Assembly: GCA_020184695.1 (NCBI GenBank)
Contig: JAANOX010000021.1
Coordinates: forward strand, 1-64,000
Direction: 5' to 3'
Source of the DNA: Histomonas meleagridis 2922-C6/04-290x
Taxonomy: Eukaryota > Protista > Parabasalia
DNA length: 64,000 nucleotides
The position numbers were made by a program, and so were the translations under genes. The notes beneath the pieces are model-generated. The model was not told the origin of the DNA, did not search any database, and was given only the letters and a program-made list of their open reading frames with translations. How positions within the stretch are numbered: the first letter of the stretch is position 1; the number at the start of each line of letters is the position of its first letter. This document shows, in pieces, positions 32,900-45,455 of the stretch.

Positions 32900-33982
32900 T
32901 TATTTCATTGCAATAATTGCTTTTCGCATTTCTGGAAATGTTAGATTTGTATCTGCGACTTTTGCACCAGGATTTGTGTTTTCTAATTGAATTTGTTGTG
33001 TAATTATTTTTGAAGTTTCCATTGACATTGCCGTCATTTTCTTGAGAATGCCTTGTGTTAGCGCTGCTTTCCTTCCTATTCTCAAAAGCATTTTAAAGTT
33101 TTCTTTAATTTGGTATTGTCGCTGTATCGCTCTTTTCAATTTCTCAAATTCTTCGTCTTTTTGAATGGTTTCGGAGGTTTCTATAACTTTTTGAATTGTC
33201 TTATCAATTCTTATTTCAAAATCATTCAATTTCAAATTGAATTCCTGCGTCAAATTCTTCGGTTCGATTTTTCCATCAGCAAGAGCATCAATGTCAATGA
33301 GTAATTTGTTGGGATCTTGAGGACTTTCATCTGGAGAACTAAGAAATTTCTTCTCAATTCTATCAATATTAGTTTTTAAGTTTTGCATAGTTTCTTGCAT
33401 TTCTTGGTTCATTCTATTTAACTCTGCTTGTTGTTTGTTAACTTGCTTTTGTTTTTCAGTTAGAATCTTGGATCCTTCTTCAAATGCATTTTGGAGTAAT
33501 TTCTTGATTCTTTCTTTTGTATCTTGTATTCTCTTCTCGATTGCATTTCTTTGTTTTTGAACTTCTAGTTTCATTTGTTTTATCTGATTTAAAATGTTTA
33601 ATAAATCTTTTTTGATTTGCAAACGATTATGATTCAGATCAAGATTATCTTTTGTACGAGAAGCAGCATCAGCTTTCATTTTAGCTAGTTTGTCGGATAA
33701 TATTTTAATTTCTTTTGATATGATCTCAATTTCTGCTTCTTTTTGTGAACTGATCGCATCAATTGCTTCTTGAAATTCTGTTTCAGATGATACACCAAGA
33801 ATTTTACAAAGATTATGTGCATCAATTTGAAATTCTTTCAATGTTTTTTTAAAATTAATATTTAATTTAGATGGCTGATTAACAATTTGAAAAATAAGTT
33901 CCCTTGTCCTTGCAAGTGATTCTTTTAATGTTTTTAGTTCATTTTCACTTTCAACAATTGCATTTCTTAACTTTCTTTGCAT
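32900..33982 (-). CDS. Coiled-coil hypothetical protein
   Basis: 360-aa intact ORF, K/E/Q-rich heptads. Confidence 0.7.
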   Translation of the reverse strand: MQRKLRNAIVESENELKTLKESLARTRELIFQIVNQPSKLNINFKKTLKEFQIDAHNLCKILGVSSETEFQEAIDAISSQKEAEIEIISKEIKILSDKLAKMKADAASRTKDNLDLNHNRLQIKKDLLNILNQIKQMKLEVQKQRNAIEKRIQDTKERIKKLLQNAFEEGSKILTEKQKQVNKQQAELNRMNQEMQETMQNLKTNIDRIEKKFLSSPDESPQDPNKLLIDIDALADGKIEPKNLTQEFNLKLNDFEIRIDKTIQKVIETSETIQKDEEFEKLKRAIQRQYQIKENFKMLLRIGRKAALTQGILKKMTAMSMETSKIITQQIQLENTNPGAKVADTNLTFPEMRKAIIAMK

Positions 33983-34723
33983 TGATGAAAAAATTTTTTT
34001 GATGAGATTTTCATATCACATTTCCCGTTTGAATGTTTTACATGATATAAACTTTTTCAATGGTGAAATAGTAAAAGTGACGTACAGGGCATATGTTAAC
34101 GTTATTTCCCCAGGAAATAAACGTCGTTTCCATTAAATTGTTGTATGGTTTAAGCTTTTATTATAAAAATTCCCCTAACATAAAATCGAAGAAAATTGTA
34201 CCATTTTGTATCAGATAAATAGGAATAAAATATTGAATGAAAGAAAATACTGAATATCAGATCATGAACAATTGTTCCTTGCTTCAAGACAACTGTAAAA
34301 CACCCTCATAGTAATAATAAAATAAATGATATTCAAAAAATATCAGAGTTTTTATCCCAAGGATCTCATTTGGTACATTCGTCCAAATTTTCAAAAATAA
34401 AGGAATATAAAAATGGATTCATTCACAAATTTCGTCGGTTAATCACCTATTGTACCTTTGTTGGAACCAGTTTATTCCGAAATTGTTTTTTTGAAGAATG
34501 TGCATACATTTTTCATATACAAGTGCCTTTCATAAATTTTTATAGTTGCTACTGTAAAATCTAACTTTCATAATTTTTATTAAAATATCCCGAAGTGAGT
34601 AATTTAATGGAATATAATTTATTTCGATTAAAACGTATACATTAATTTGATATAATTTAACTCATTCGTAATACAAATTAAATATTATAATGACAACAAA
34701 ACTTAAAAATTTTATAATGTTTA

Positions 34724-37700
34724 TTAAAATAAGTTTGCGATTTGCGTCAAAACTTCTTCTGCGTTTCTCATTGTTTTTGGTGTTGTTGGCTCGTGATTAT
34801 TTGGGTATTTCTCTCTAATCTGTGGCGTTATAATTTTATCATAGTGCTCCACGTACGCCTGCTTCATTTCGTCTTCTTTTTTGCTGAATCTAAACTTATC
34901 ATTATACATTATATATTCGGCCATTTTAATTAGCGACCACAAATCCCTAATTACCTTTAATGCCTCTATTGTTAATGTTCCTCTATAATCCAAAACTGCG
35001 TAAAATCGAACATGATTTTCATCGAAGAAGTTATATAACAATTCATTAAATTGTTCATTTTCGAATGAATATTTCATAGTTAATACTAATAATATCTTTA
35101 AAATTCGAGAAGCGATTTTCAAACATGAATTACTAATTAATGAATTCGATGATGTACTAAATCTTTCTTCGATTAAACACCAAAAACTTTGGTTTGTTAA
35201 CCCTTCGAATAAATTATTCTCTAACATTACATTTGAATATTGAATTTCTTCATAAGTTAAAAGACGTAAATAAAAACTTAATTGTGATATTATTAATAAA
35301 TAACCTAATTCATAATCATTATCAAATAATTCCCATGAAGAAGAAAATATATTCAAAGATTTAACAATGAAATTATTCATTAATTCTTCACTTGAAATAG
35401 GAATTAATGCTTCTGCTACTGTAAAGATCATTGATCGAATAATTAATATACTTGAATTTAAATCATTTATCATAATATCAATTAATGATCGTTCAAAGTT
35501 TATATATAAATCCTTTAAACAATTATTATGTTCATCATTATAATAACAACAACATAAAATAACATTATATAACCCAAGTTTCGATTCATGATATTGTAAT
35601 TGATTCATCTTTTGGATTGCGCAAATAGTATTTTCGAAAATGACATTTAAATATTTGGATTCAATATTATCAAATGATTTATTCTTTAATAAAAATGTTG
35701 AAATGAATGAAATTGATTGTGTTAAATGTAAATTAGTTTTTGAATCATAAATAGTTATAATTTTATTAAGGATATTATATATGAATTTAGAAAATATTAA
35801 TTCATATGATTCAATATTTAACTTATTTATATAATTATTACTACAATATGCAATAATTGTTTGTGCAATGCCTATAGAAATAAATTGTGATTCAATGTCA
35901 CTATTGATTTGATCTAGAAAATCATATATTAATATAACACGTCGTTGTTGATCTTCGAAATTATTTAAACCAAAAAGAATTTTAAATGTTTGAATTGTTG
36001 TACCACTTGAAGAGTTTTCCATTCCATCGATAGTTTCTCTTGCAATTAATTGTAATAATAAACCGATTGCAACTTTCGATGAATTAATTCCTTGAAAAGA
36101 ATATAATAATTTCTCAAAGAATTTATAATTAGAAGAACGTAAAAGATTAATTAAAGCTGAAGATGTTAAAGAATTATCACAAATCATTAATAATAACTTT
36201 AATGAATTCGATGCAAATTCTTTAAATTTTGTTATTGTTTCACGTATAATTAATTTCTCAATAATAATTGGTAATATTCCTTTATCTAATGTTGAAGTCT
36301 TTAATGATTTAGGTACATCAGATAAATTATAATCACAAATATATTGTAAGAAATATGAATTAGAACCTAATGATATTAAGAAATCTAAAATCGAGTTCCG
36401 AATGTTGAGTTCGTTTTCAACTTCTTCTTCATTTCGTTGTATTATCTTCTTAAATGTTGAGATTGCTCTTGCTTTAGATTTAGTGAACACTACTTGTGAT
36501 AAATTTGGTATTGTTACTCCTAAATATTTTGCTAATCGGATTGAACAGATTTGTAAATCTTTGTCATGTGATGCAATACATTGTATGATCTTTACTAATG
36601 CTCCTGATGACCATGAAATTCGATTAGCAATAGAAACATATAATGATTGATCAGTAATATCATTGTTTTCTTCATTAAATTGTTTCTCTTTATCAGCAAA
36701 GATTAAAAATAAACGAAATATTGTTAAAATACATTCTTGTGGATTCTCATCTTCTAATAAGAAATTAATATATTCTTGTAAAAACTTGGAATCACAATAT
36801 GCAGAATGATATAAACATTGATTGTTTTTATGTTTGTCATTAGACATATTCGTCCAACATTGTGTAATCTCAGATAAAATAGACCATTTCTCATTAAAAT
36901 GTTGAAATATCTTTTCTCGAATTTTCATAAAACATTGTTCAAAGAGAAATTGATGATATAACCGACAATTAATGGGTTCAGTACTATACTTGAAAAGTGA
37001 CGAAAGGAATCGGATAAATGACCGCGTTAATGGATATAAATGTTCTTCTGATTCGATTTCTTCAATTTCGGATATAATGCCACCTCTGCCTGATTCTACA
37101 TTGTCTCGAGTTAGGATTTGCGTTGATGAAAAGATTTTGTAGATTTCATCACATTGTTTGGGTTCAATTGATAATACGGATAAGATATCAAAACATTTGG
37201 CTTTAAGAGATGCTGGTATTGGTGATGATATTAATAAGAAAAAAGAATTAACGATTTTCTCGGTTGCAAATAATCTCCGACGATATTCCTTTGAATGATA
37301 TGAAATGGCCATTAGTAATTGAATAACAGCTTCAAGACCATATGATTCTTCATCTGATAATAATTGTTGACCGACTCGATGAGATGATAAATCTTTGGCG
37401 TGACCGTTTATGGCACTTATAAAACGTTTAAGATTGACTACATCTGAAAAAGATTCGCTCTCTTCAAAAAGTTGGAGAACGTTATTTGCCAATTCTTCAC
37501 TTTTGATTAAACATGAAAAAGTTTGTAAAAAGGTACAATAAAGTGATGGTGATATGTAGTTAGTAACATTCAGCAAAAGGGTTTTACCTTTTTGGAAAAA
37601 GTCAACAGCAAAATCAATGCCATTTTGAAGACCTGATACATTACGAATAAGTCGAAGAAATGGTTGAAGTGGAGCACCATCATTGTTATGTTTTGCCTCG

Positions 37701-38338
37701 GTTTGTGTTTTGACTTTTTCTTCATCGATAAATGAAGATATAATGTTCATATGATTGGTTACTGGTATGATAGCAAATATTCGACCAAATATTTCTAATA
37801 CATGTTGAAATACAATTGATTGGGTAAGTGAACTTTGAAGTAAGATAATGTCAGAAATAAATCTAATTGTTTTTGATGTGAAACTACGAGTTATCATATC
37901 TGTGTCATCTGCAACTAACGCAAATCCTGCTTTCATTACATCTTGTAATATTGGACATCTTACACAATCATTCCATTTATCATATAAAACTTCTTGAACT
38001 CTATCAATAAATGGTTTTATTTCTTGTCCTTTTATGTACATTTGATCTAAATATCCTAAAAATTTTGCAACTGATAATATGGCTTCATAAAAAGATTGAG
38101 ATTCTCGATCACGAATTGTGGTAGTGAAAACATGATGAGTAAATATTGAAAATGTAATAAGTTTTGGATTGTATAAATCAGAAATTACATATGATGTTGT
38201 TACATTTGTTACATGCGAAATTGTTTGACGTGCTTCTTCAACTGATTTCACAAGAACATCTGATGTGATCTCTGTTGTTTGGTATGCTTTGAAAAATGAT
38301 GTTTCTGGGTCGACTTTAGTTGGATCACCTTTGTTCAT
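34724..38338 (-). CDS. Nup205/Nup192-like scaffold nucleoporin
   Basis: IPASLKAKCFDILSVL...TQIL...GIISEIEEIESEEHLYPLTRSFIRFL matches the conserved Nup205 block (PxxLKA...TQIL...GI..ELNEIES..E.YPLTRAF). Confidence 0.65.
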   Translation of the reverse strand: MNKGDPTKVDPETSFFKAYQTTEITSDVLVKSVEEARQTISHVTNVTTSYVISDLYNPKLITFSIFTHHVFTTTIRDRESQSFYEAILSVAKFLGYLDQMYIKGQEIKPFIDRVQEVLYDKWNDCVRCPILQDVMKAGFALVADDTDMITRSFTSKTIRFISDIILLQSSLTQSIVFQHVLEIFGRIFAIIPVTNHMNIISSFIDEEKVKTQTEAKHNNDGAPLQPFLRLIRNVSGLQNGIDFAVDFFQKGKTLLLNVTNYISPSLYCTFLQTFSCLIKSEELANNVLQLFEESESFSDVVNLKRFISAINGHAKDLSSHRVGQQLLSDEESYGLEAVIQLLMAISYHSKEYRRRLFATEKIVNSFFLLISSPIPASLKAKCFDILSVLSIEPKQCDEIYKIFSSTQILTRDNVESGRGGIISEIEEIESEEHLYPLTRSFIRFLSSLFKYSTEPINCRLYHQFLFEQCFMKIREKIFQHFNEKWSILSEITQCWTNMSNDKHKNNQCLYHSAYCDSKFLQEYINFLLEDENPQECILTIFRLFLIFADKEKQFNEENNDITDQSLYVSIANRISWSSGALVKIIQCIASHDKDLQICSIRLAKYLGVTIPNLSQVVFTKSKARAISTFKKIIQRNEEEVENELNIRNSILDFLISLGSNSYFLQYICDYNLSDVPKSLKTSTLDKGILPIIIEKLIIRETITKFKEFASNSLKLLLMICDNSLTSSALINLLRSSNYKFFEKLLYSFQGINSSKVAIGLLLQLIARETIDGMENSSSGTTIQTFKILFGLNNFEDQQRRVILIYDFLDQINSDIESQFISIGIAQTIIAYCSNNYINKLNIESYELIFSKFIYNILNKIITIYDSKTNLHLTQSISFISTFLLKNKSFDNIESKYLNVIFENTICAIQKMNQLQYHESKLGLYNVILCCCYYNDEHNNCLKDLYINFERSLIDIMINDLNSSILIIRSMIFTVAEALIPISSEELMNNFIVKSLNIFSSSWELFDNDYELGYLLIISQLSFYLRLLTYEEIQYSNVMLENNLFEGLTNQSFWCLIEERFSTSSNSLISNSCLKIASRILKILLVLTMKYSFENEQFNELLYNFFDENHVRFYAVLDYRGTLTIEALKVIRDLWSLIKMAEYIMYNDKFRFSKKEDEMKQAYVEHYDKIITPQIREKYPNNHEPTTPKTMRNAEEVLTQIANLF

Positions 38339-38975
38339 GCGAAAAAAGTGTCTATCTTATATAGACCGTTAAATGTATGTTGTAAAAAAGTTGTCAAAAA
38401 ACATTAAATGAAAATATATTTGCCAATTAATTTCGAAAACATTAATTCGGAAAAAATGCTAATAAATATTCATATTAATAATGATCAGTTAGTAAAATAT
38501 TATTTTATTTTTATCAATATTTTGACTTTAAAGAAACTGTTTAAATTTAACATTAGTTTTTTTTCTTCTATAAATATCTGATATAAAAAGATTTTTAAAG
38601 ACACAAGATGAATAAATTTTTAATGGTTTTTGTTATGTAGAAATAGTCATAAGTCCTTTTGTGTTACATTTTTTTTTATCGGCTAATAAAAATTGTGACC
38701 AAAGCCCATTGTCATGTTCGAAGTTTTCAATAGATTTCACATTAAACATTCGACCAAACATTATTTTTTAATTCGTTCAAGTGATTATATACTGAATATT
38801 TTAAATATTAAATTAAATTTTCATATTAAAAATTTATTTTACTCTTTTGCCACAAATAATTTTTTCGTGATATTATTTTAATAAAAAGATATTTTCATTT
38901 TAACAAAATTAAAATTTGAATACAGAACTCCCCATAATAGAAAAATGAAGTGAAAACTGGCCATACCATTTTATC

Positions 38976-40934
38976 ATGGGAAGCCAAAGTAGCTGTCCTG
39001 TAGCAGTTATTGCCCGTGGGGAAGAAGATTCACCTTTCTCAAAAAGATACCATCCTGATTTTCCAGATGGTTCTTTTCGTAATCCACCTGAATATCCAAC
39101 AATGAAAGAACTTACACTTCGTAATTTCGATCTTCATCTTGATAGACCCTATCTTGGTCATCGTGAATTGATTGGAGAAAATAAATATGCACCAGAATTC
39201 AAATTCAAGACATATCGTGAATGTAAAGAAATCACAATTAATTTCGGTTCTGGACTTCTCCAATTAGGAATCAAAGTAGGTTCTATGCTTGGTGTTTATG
39301 CACCTAATACATATGAATGGATACATGCAATAAATGCATCAGCTTTATATGGATATGTAATAGTATCTCTTTATGATACCTTAGGTGTTGATTCTGTACA
39401 GTATCTTATTCGCCATTCCCAAATGACAACTATTTTGGTTTCATCACAAAATGCACGTAAACTTCTTGATGCATTACGCAATGACAAAGCATTTGTTACC
39501 AACATTATTCTTATTGATGACTCTATCATATCCCAAGTTCGTTCAGAGACTCAAGAAATGAACATATCAGTATATACATTTAATGACATCTGTGAACTTG
39601 GTAAAAAATCCATTGCTCCATTCCCAGACTTTGATCCAGAGACCCCCCACTTTGTTTGTTACTCATCAGGCACCACAGGTAATCCAAAAGGTGTTGTCAT
39701 ATCACATCGCGCATGTGTCAGTAACTATTTAGCAGCCACAGATATGATTGAGATCGATCCCAACAATGCCCGTTATGTGTCCTATCTACCCTTAGCCCAT
39801 GTTTTTGAGCGATGTGCCGTTGCAATTGTTGCATATGCAGGTGGCAAAATCGGTTTTGTCAGTGGCAATGTAACACATCTCACGGAAGATATGACCATCT
39901 TAAAGCCCACAGTCTTAGCTGCAGTTCCCCGTGTTTTATATCGTATCTATGATGTCATTATGCAAAAGCTCAAAGAGTCACGCATCAAGCGTTACATCTT
40001 TTGGGGCTGTTGGTATGCGAAGCGCTTCTGCATTAATCATGACTTACCGACCTTTCCATTTGATGCTTTAGTGTTTAATAACATCAACAAATTAATGGGC
40101 GGATGCATTGAGCAATTCATCATTGGTGCCGCTGCATTAGATCCAACAGTTCATGAAGTATTACAAGTTGCAACAGGTGTACCAGTACGAACAGGCTATG
40201 GGTTAACGGAAGGTGGTTCAGGTAATGTTTGTACGCCATATAACATCAAGTTTTGTTATCCGGGAACAGTTGGCGGCCCACTTAAGAATGTCGAAATCAA
40301 ACTTGAGCCCATTGATGATTATGATGATCCTGAATGCGGCGAGATATTAATGGGCGGCCAATGTTTAAGTAGTGGATATTTATATGATGTTGAAGCCACA
40401 AATAATTTGTTCTACGATGAAAATCATACAATGATTCATACTGGTGACGTGGGTAAATGGGATGAACATGGATACTTAAAGGTCGTCGATAGGATGCGAT
40501 CGATATTTAAGTTAGCGCAAGGTGAATACGTTGCTGCTGAATTTGTTACCCAAGTTTTCGAAGAAGCGAATTTGATACATCAAATATTCGTTTATGGGGA
40601 TTCTTCACGTACTTGTTTGGTAGGAGTTGTGATACCAGAAAAGAAAGAAGTCGAGAAATTCGTCGGAAGACAAATTACAAACAATAGCGAATATGAAGAA
40701 ATTTGTAAGTCAAAAGAACTGAATGCGGAAATTATGAAGCAAATGAACGAGTGCGGTAAAAGACATAAATTGTTCGGATACCAATACGTGAAGGCAATTC
40801 ACGTCGATACAAAGGAATGGACAGTCGAAAATGACTTGTTGACACCGACGTTCAAATTAAGGAGGAAAAAGGTCGGAGATATGTATAAGAAACAAATAGA
40901 CGAATTATATGATGAAATTGATAAGAAAAAATAA
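38976..40934 (+). CDS. Long-chain acyl-CoA synthetase
   Basis: YSSGTTGNPKGV, YLPLAHVFE, GYGLTE, HTGDVG, DRMRSIFKLAQGEYVA, LLTPTFKLRR; N-terminal MGSQSSC is myristoylation-like. Confidence 0.95.
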   Translation: MGSQSSCPVAVIARGEEDSPFSKRYHPDFPDGSFRNPPEYPTMKELTLRNFDLHLDRPYLGHRELIGENKYAPEFKFKTYRECKEITINFGSGLLQLGIKVGSMLGVYAPNTYEWIHAINASALYGYVIVSLYDTLGVDSVQYLIRHSQMTTILVSSQNARKLLDALRNDKAFVTNIILIDDSIISQVRSETQEMNISVYTFNDICELGKKSIAPFPDFDPETPHFVCYSSGTTGNPKGVVISHRACVSNYLAATDMIEIDPNNARYVSYLPLAHVFERCAVAIVAYAGGKIGFVSGNVTHLTEDMTILKPTVLAAVPRVLYRIYDVIMQKLKESRIKRYIFWGCWYAKRFCINHDLPTFPFDALVFNNINKLMGGCIEQFIIGAAALDPTVHEVLQVATGVPVRTGYGLTEGGSGNVCTPYNIKFCYPGTVGGPLKNVEIKLEPIDDYDDPECGEILMGGQCLSSGYLYDVEATNNLFYDENHTMIHTGDVGKWDEHGYLKVVDRMRSIFKLAQGEYVAAEFVTQVFEEANLIHQIFVYGDSSRTCLVGVVIPEKKEVEKFVGRQITNNSEYEEICKSKELNAEIMKQMNECGKRHKLFGYQYVKAIHVDTKEWTVENDLLTPTFKLRRKKVGDMYKKQIDELYDEIDKKK

Positions 40935-41519
40935 ATATTTCACTCAAATATTTTGTCGTTACTCAAATGGAATTTAATGTCTTAAAATGTTTTATGTATA
41001 AAATTAAAATTTATTACTCTTTTCATGCATAAAAATTGATGAAAATGTTGAAATTAGAAATATTGGAACTTAGTTAGTGCTTTCATGTTCAATCATTTGT
41101 CCTATTTGTCAGAAATTGTCTCTATAATTATATAAATAAAATTTGATTTTTTTTCAATATTTCGTAAAATAGATGGAAAATATTGTATTCAAATTATCTA
41201 AAGATGAAAATATTTCTACTTGTACAAAATTTTTCTTGTGAAATTTTGTTAATGAACATTTAATTATGTAAATTTACATATTCTATTAAAAAGTTTTTTT
41301 TATATCATAATAAATAATACTGATCCATTTTTATGCTATTTCTTATAATAATTAGTAATATTACTTTACCAAATGATTTCAATCAATTCTTCTTCATAAA
41401 TGATATTTTAATTTACTTAATGATTGTTTTACTTTTCTCTTTTATTTATTCGTTAAATAAGAAAAGTAAAATTGAACTAACAAATAAGTTTTCCCCCTTT
41501 AAGTTATTCTATTTTTTTA

Positions 41520-42646
41520 GTGCATTCATTTTCATATACATGGAATTCCCATTCTAAAACTCTTACAATAACAAAAATTGATGGTAGAGAAATACAAGAT
41601 TATAAAAATCTTGCATATCATCTTATTGTATCAAAAGGTGTTACTTCAATAGGAACAAGTGAGTTCATGAATTGGAAATGTCTTTCAACAGTTTGTCTTT
41701 GTGAAACAATTCAAGAAATTGGAGATTATTCATTTGCTCATTGTAAAAACTTAAATACAATAAATTTAGAAAATGGAATTTTAACAATTGGAAATAATTC
41801 ATTTGATCAATGTTGGGAATTAAAATCTATTAAAATTCTAGATGTTATGGTAACATCTATTTATAAAAATAAAACATTCGGTTATCTTAATGTTACTACA
41901 GCAACTCTTCAAGAATGCCTCTCATATACATTTATTCCACCAAACACACCAATTTTAACAAATACATTTATATCGCCAACTACACTTACGCTAACAAAAA
42001 CATTCATGCCCACATATACTATTATAACACCTAATCATACATTTTCTTTATTAAATACATCAACACTTTCAAAAACAACATCTAATACATTGACAATATC
42101 AAAAATAACTCCAATTACAAAGACATCCATGACTTCAAGAACAAAATTGATATCAGAAACACATATAAATAGTAATATATATTCATTATCTAATAATGCG
42201 TACACATTGTCTATAACACATACACTTTCAATAACAGAATCTTAAGTTTTTTATATACATCATTTATTAATACATTTAGTATCACTAATTCTAAACAAAA
42301 GTTAAGTTATATTCCTACTAAATTTATAACTTATTTATATACTGTTCTCCGATTTTCGACTTATGTAAGTTATTATTCATATTTAATCGTAAACTATGAT
42401 GAACCATTAAACAAAAATGATCCTTTCAGTTTTTCAAAAACAACAGTGATTGCGGTAAGTTGTGCAAGTTTTGTCATAATATTCCTGCTTATCGGAATGA
42501 TTATCTTTATGATTCGTCATGCCAAATCGAAAAATAATTCTTTAAATGATAATGCAAAAGTATTAGAAGAAGGATTTGAACAAGAAACAAAAATTGATGA
42601 TATTGTTCAAGCTTCAGTTAAAGGTGAAGAAGATAAATGGTTATGA
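41520..42646 (+). pseudogene. BspA-like surface protein (TpLRR, Thr-rich stalk, TM, tail), fragmented
   Basis: IGDYSFAHCKNL and IGNNSFDQCWEL repeats, T-x-T stalk, stop at 42245, then TM VIAVSCASFVIIFLLIGMIIF and acidic tail ending EEDKWL. Confidence 0.7.
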
Positions 42647-42880
42647 TAAATCCTTTAATGCATAAACATCAAAAAATTATTAATTTTATAGAATTTCATG
42701 AAATCGTAAACAAAATATGATTTAATTTTCTGTTATCCTAATAAATATTTTAAAAAACATTTTCGCTTCCAACTAATGCTTTTTTTGAGTTTAAGTACAT
42801 ATTGTTGCTTCCAATTTAGATCATATTTTAATAGATAAAGAATTATGACTTAATGTAATTTAACGTTCGTCGTCTTGGAA

Positions 42881-44200
42881 ATGAGCCTCAATCCTGGCTT
42901 CAAAACAAACATAAGAAAACCAAGGTCTACAAAATTTAAAAGAATTACAGGTAATGAAGAGGAAGAATTTGAATACACAGACTCTTCCGTTAAGTCATTA
43001 ATTGACATTTTTATGCAAGATCCATTTCATGGAATTCATAAACTTGCTAAGAACTCTGATAAAATCGATGACATTAGCCCGCAGTATGCTAAGCATCTTT
43101 GTTCGCGTAACTTTTTTTTTGTTTTTTCAAAATTTCTTGATGATATTGAAGAAATTAAAGATTTAGAATCATACCTAATAGTTCTCTTTCATTTCCTTTC
43201 CCTAGAAACTTATGTTTGTGTCAATATTCTTAATACATCAATTTTCCGTCTTTTAAAGAAATGTATTTTTCACACTAATCCTATATGTCAAGAGTTATCA
43301 CTTAAATGCCTCCGCCGCGTTTCTAAAGATTCCGATGAATGCCGAAAATATCTTATATCATCACCATTAATTATAGATTTATCATCTTTAATCTTATCAA
43401 AACTCAACGTCAAGATTCCATCTTCAATAATCTCCAATATTTGTACACCTAATTTCGATTTTCCACCATCTGATCTAAATTTAATTCGTTGTGTTGGTAA
43501 ATTTCTCTTTATGGAAACCGACCTAATTTTCATTGGGATTAAGCTACTTCTTTTTGTGAGTGAGAGTACCAATTCTGAAGATGTTGAATTTCTCAAAATT
43601 GATTATGTCAAAAAATTTTTAGATATTTTTCTTCAATTTGAGTCACAAAATCCACCTTTTTCCCATTTATTTTTAAAATTTTTAGCATGTCGAACACAAT
43701 TTCCTAATGAGGCTGCAACATTTTTCGAAGCCGGAATTCTTCCAATTTTAGCTGAGATATCTAAAAGCGAAGAAAGAAATGCCATGTGTTCATGTTGGGT
43801 CATTAAAAACATATTACATAATGTTCCAAATTCGGTTAATGAATTTGAGCAACAAAAAATGTTTGAACTAATACATCATTTTATTATTAATGGAGGCTTT
43901 GAGTTAAAAGGTGCAGCTGTGCGAGTGTTTAAAGAATTAGTTATGCATAATGTTGAGTTGTTTGTTTCGTATGAAGATATATTTGAGGAATGTTTAATAA
44001 TGTTAGAAAGCACAAGTGTTGAAACCATTTTTAACGTTTTAGAGATTATACAAGTAGTTGTAAATAATAATAAAATCGAATTAATTAATGAAGATACATT
44101 TAATTCAATAGCACAATTATCTGAACATGAAAATGAAAAAATTAGGATTTTGGCATCAAATATCTTGGAATCATTAACAGATGAAAATGCATGTGAATAA
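42881..44200 (+). CDS. ARM-repeat protein, importin-alpha-like
   Basis: Basic N-terminus, helical repeats, C-terminal LSEHENEKIRILASNIL resembling an ARM cap. Confidence 0.55.
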   Translation: MSLNPGFKTNIRKPRSTKFKRITGNEEEEFEYTDSSVKSLIDIFMQDPFHGIHKLAKNSDKIDDISPQYAKHLCSRNFFFVFSKFLDDIEEIKDLESYLIVLFHFLSLETYVCVNILNTSIFRLLKKCIFHTNPICQELSLKCLRRVSKDSDECRKYLISSPLIIDLSSLILSKLNVKIPSSIISNICTPNFDFPPSDLNLIRCVGKFLFMETDLIFIGIKLLLFVSESTNSEDVEFLKIDYVKKFLDIFLQFESQNPPFSHLFLKFLACRTQFPNEAATFFEAGILPILAEISKSEERNAMCSCWVIKNILHNVPNSVNEFEQQKMFELIHHFIINGGFELKGAAVRVFKELVMHNVELFVSYEDIFEECLIMLESTSVETIFNVLEIIQVVVNNNKIELINEDTFNSIAQLSEHENEKIRILASNILESLTDENACE

Positions 44201-44458
44201 AAATATATATATTTATGATAATATTTTTTAAAAAGATATGTTTGACAGAAAGGTGATAAAACTGAATTGTCCATTTCTATCGGAGTTTTGTATGAATTCA
44301 AAACTGAAATTTGAATGTGGAATTTGAATGTTTATCGCTTTTTTTTTAATGTTATTTTTCAATGTACAAAAGCAGTTTTGTAGTCAAAAATATCGTCACA
44401 AGAAAAAACCGATTTAATAATTGGCTTTATTAATATCGTAAGAGAGAATAACTCGGAT

Positions 44459-44791
44459 TTATTGCATTGGTCCTGGTAAGTCATCTTGAACACCTTCATA
44501 TGGCGTATATTGTGGTATGTATGCTTGTTCATAATTTATATTTTGGTCATAATATGGTTGTGATACGTTTGGGGGTTGGTAATAATCATAGCCAGGTTGG
44601 TCATTCTGTACAACTTGGGGCGCGTACGGAGTATTTTTATGTGATTTGGAAGATGATGAAGATGAAGATGAGGAAGAAACTTCACAACATTCAAAATTAC
44701 ACTTCCCACTCTTTCTACATGCATAAACAAATATAATGATGAAAATCACGGCGCATATAACCCAAATGATTACACCGACAATGTCGTCCAT
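44459..44791 (-). CDS. Small single-pass membrane protein with Cys/Ser/PY-rich tail (paralog 1)
   Basis: N-terminal TM, CRK..C..CC, poly-Ser, YEQAYIPQY..QDDLPGP. Confidence 0.75.
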   Translation of the reverse strand: MDDIVGVIIWVICAVIFIIIFVYACRKSGKCNFECCEVSSSSSSSSSSKSHKNTPYAPQVVQNDQPGYDYYQPPNVSQPYYDQNINYEQAYIPQYTPYEGVQDDLPGPMQ

Positions 44792-44951
44792 AAAACTGGC
44801 AAAGAGTTCCTAAACAAACGGTCAAAAATTTCGTTGTTTGTGAAAAGGAGGTTTTTAAGTCAAATTTTTTGAACACCGGTAAACGATTGAATTTCATCAA
44901 CATTTTTGAATGGTTTATGAAAAAAATGATTACTACGTTAAAAGGTTTTAA

Positions 44952-45335
44952 TCATACTTGGGATGGACCTGGAAGATCATCTTCTTGAACATTTGCATAA
45001 GGATTATATTGTGGTACATATGCTTGTTCATATTTTTCATTTTCTTCTGTGTAATTTGGTACTGGTTGAGAATAGTATGGGTTGGGTTGAGGATATGGAG
45101 CAACAGGTTGTGGTTGCGTTGGTGGAGGATAATTAGCATATGCTCCTTCACCACCATTGTAATCATTTGGTTGAGGATAATATTGTGGTACATTATGCTT
45201 TGATTTTGATGATGATGAGGAGGATGATTTTTGAGGTTTACAATGGCCGCAGCATTTTCTACATGCGACACTGATCACTATAATGACAATAACAAAGACA
45301 ACTGCGCTTATAAGTCCGCCGACATCGAAGCTCAT
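44952..45335 (-). CDS. Small single-pass membrane protein with Cys/Ser/PY-rich tail (paralog 2)
   Basis: Same layout and the conserved C-terminus YEQAYVPQY..QEDDLPGP. Confidence 0.75.
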   Translation of the reverse strand: MSFDVGGLISAVVFVIVIIVISVACRKCCGHCKPQKSSSSSSSKSKHNVPQYYPQPNDYNGGEGAYANYPPPTQPQPVAPYPQPNPYYSQPVPNYTEENEKYEQAYVPQYNPYANVQEDDLPGPSQV

Positions 45336-45455
45336 GCAATTTGGATTTTTGCGAAGTTTATATAAAACTGCAAAATTTCCACGGTTTTTGAATTTGGTCG
45401 ATGAAAAACCGTTTGTAATGTTGCCAAAAAAAAATCTTATTTTTAAAAATATACT

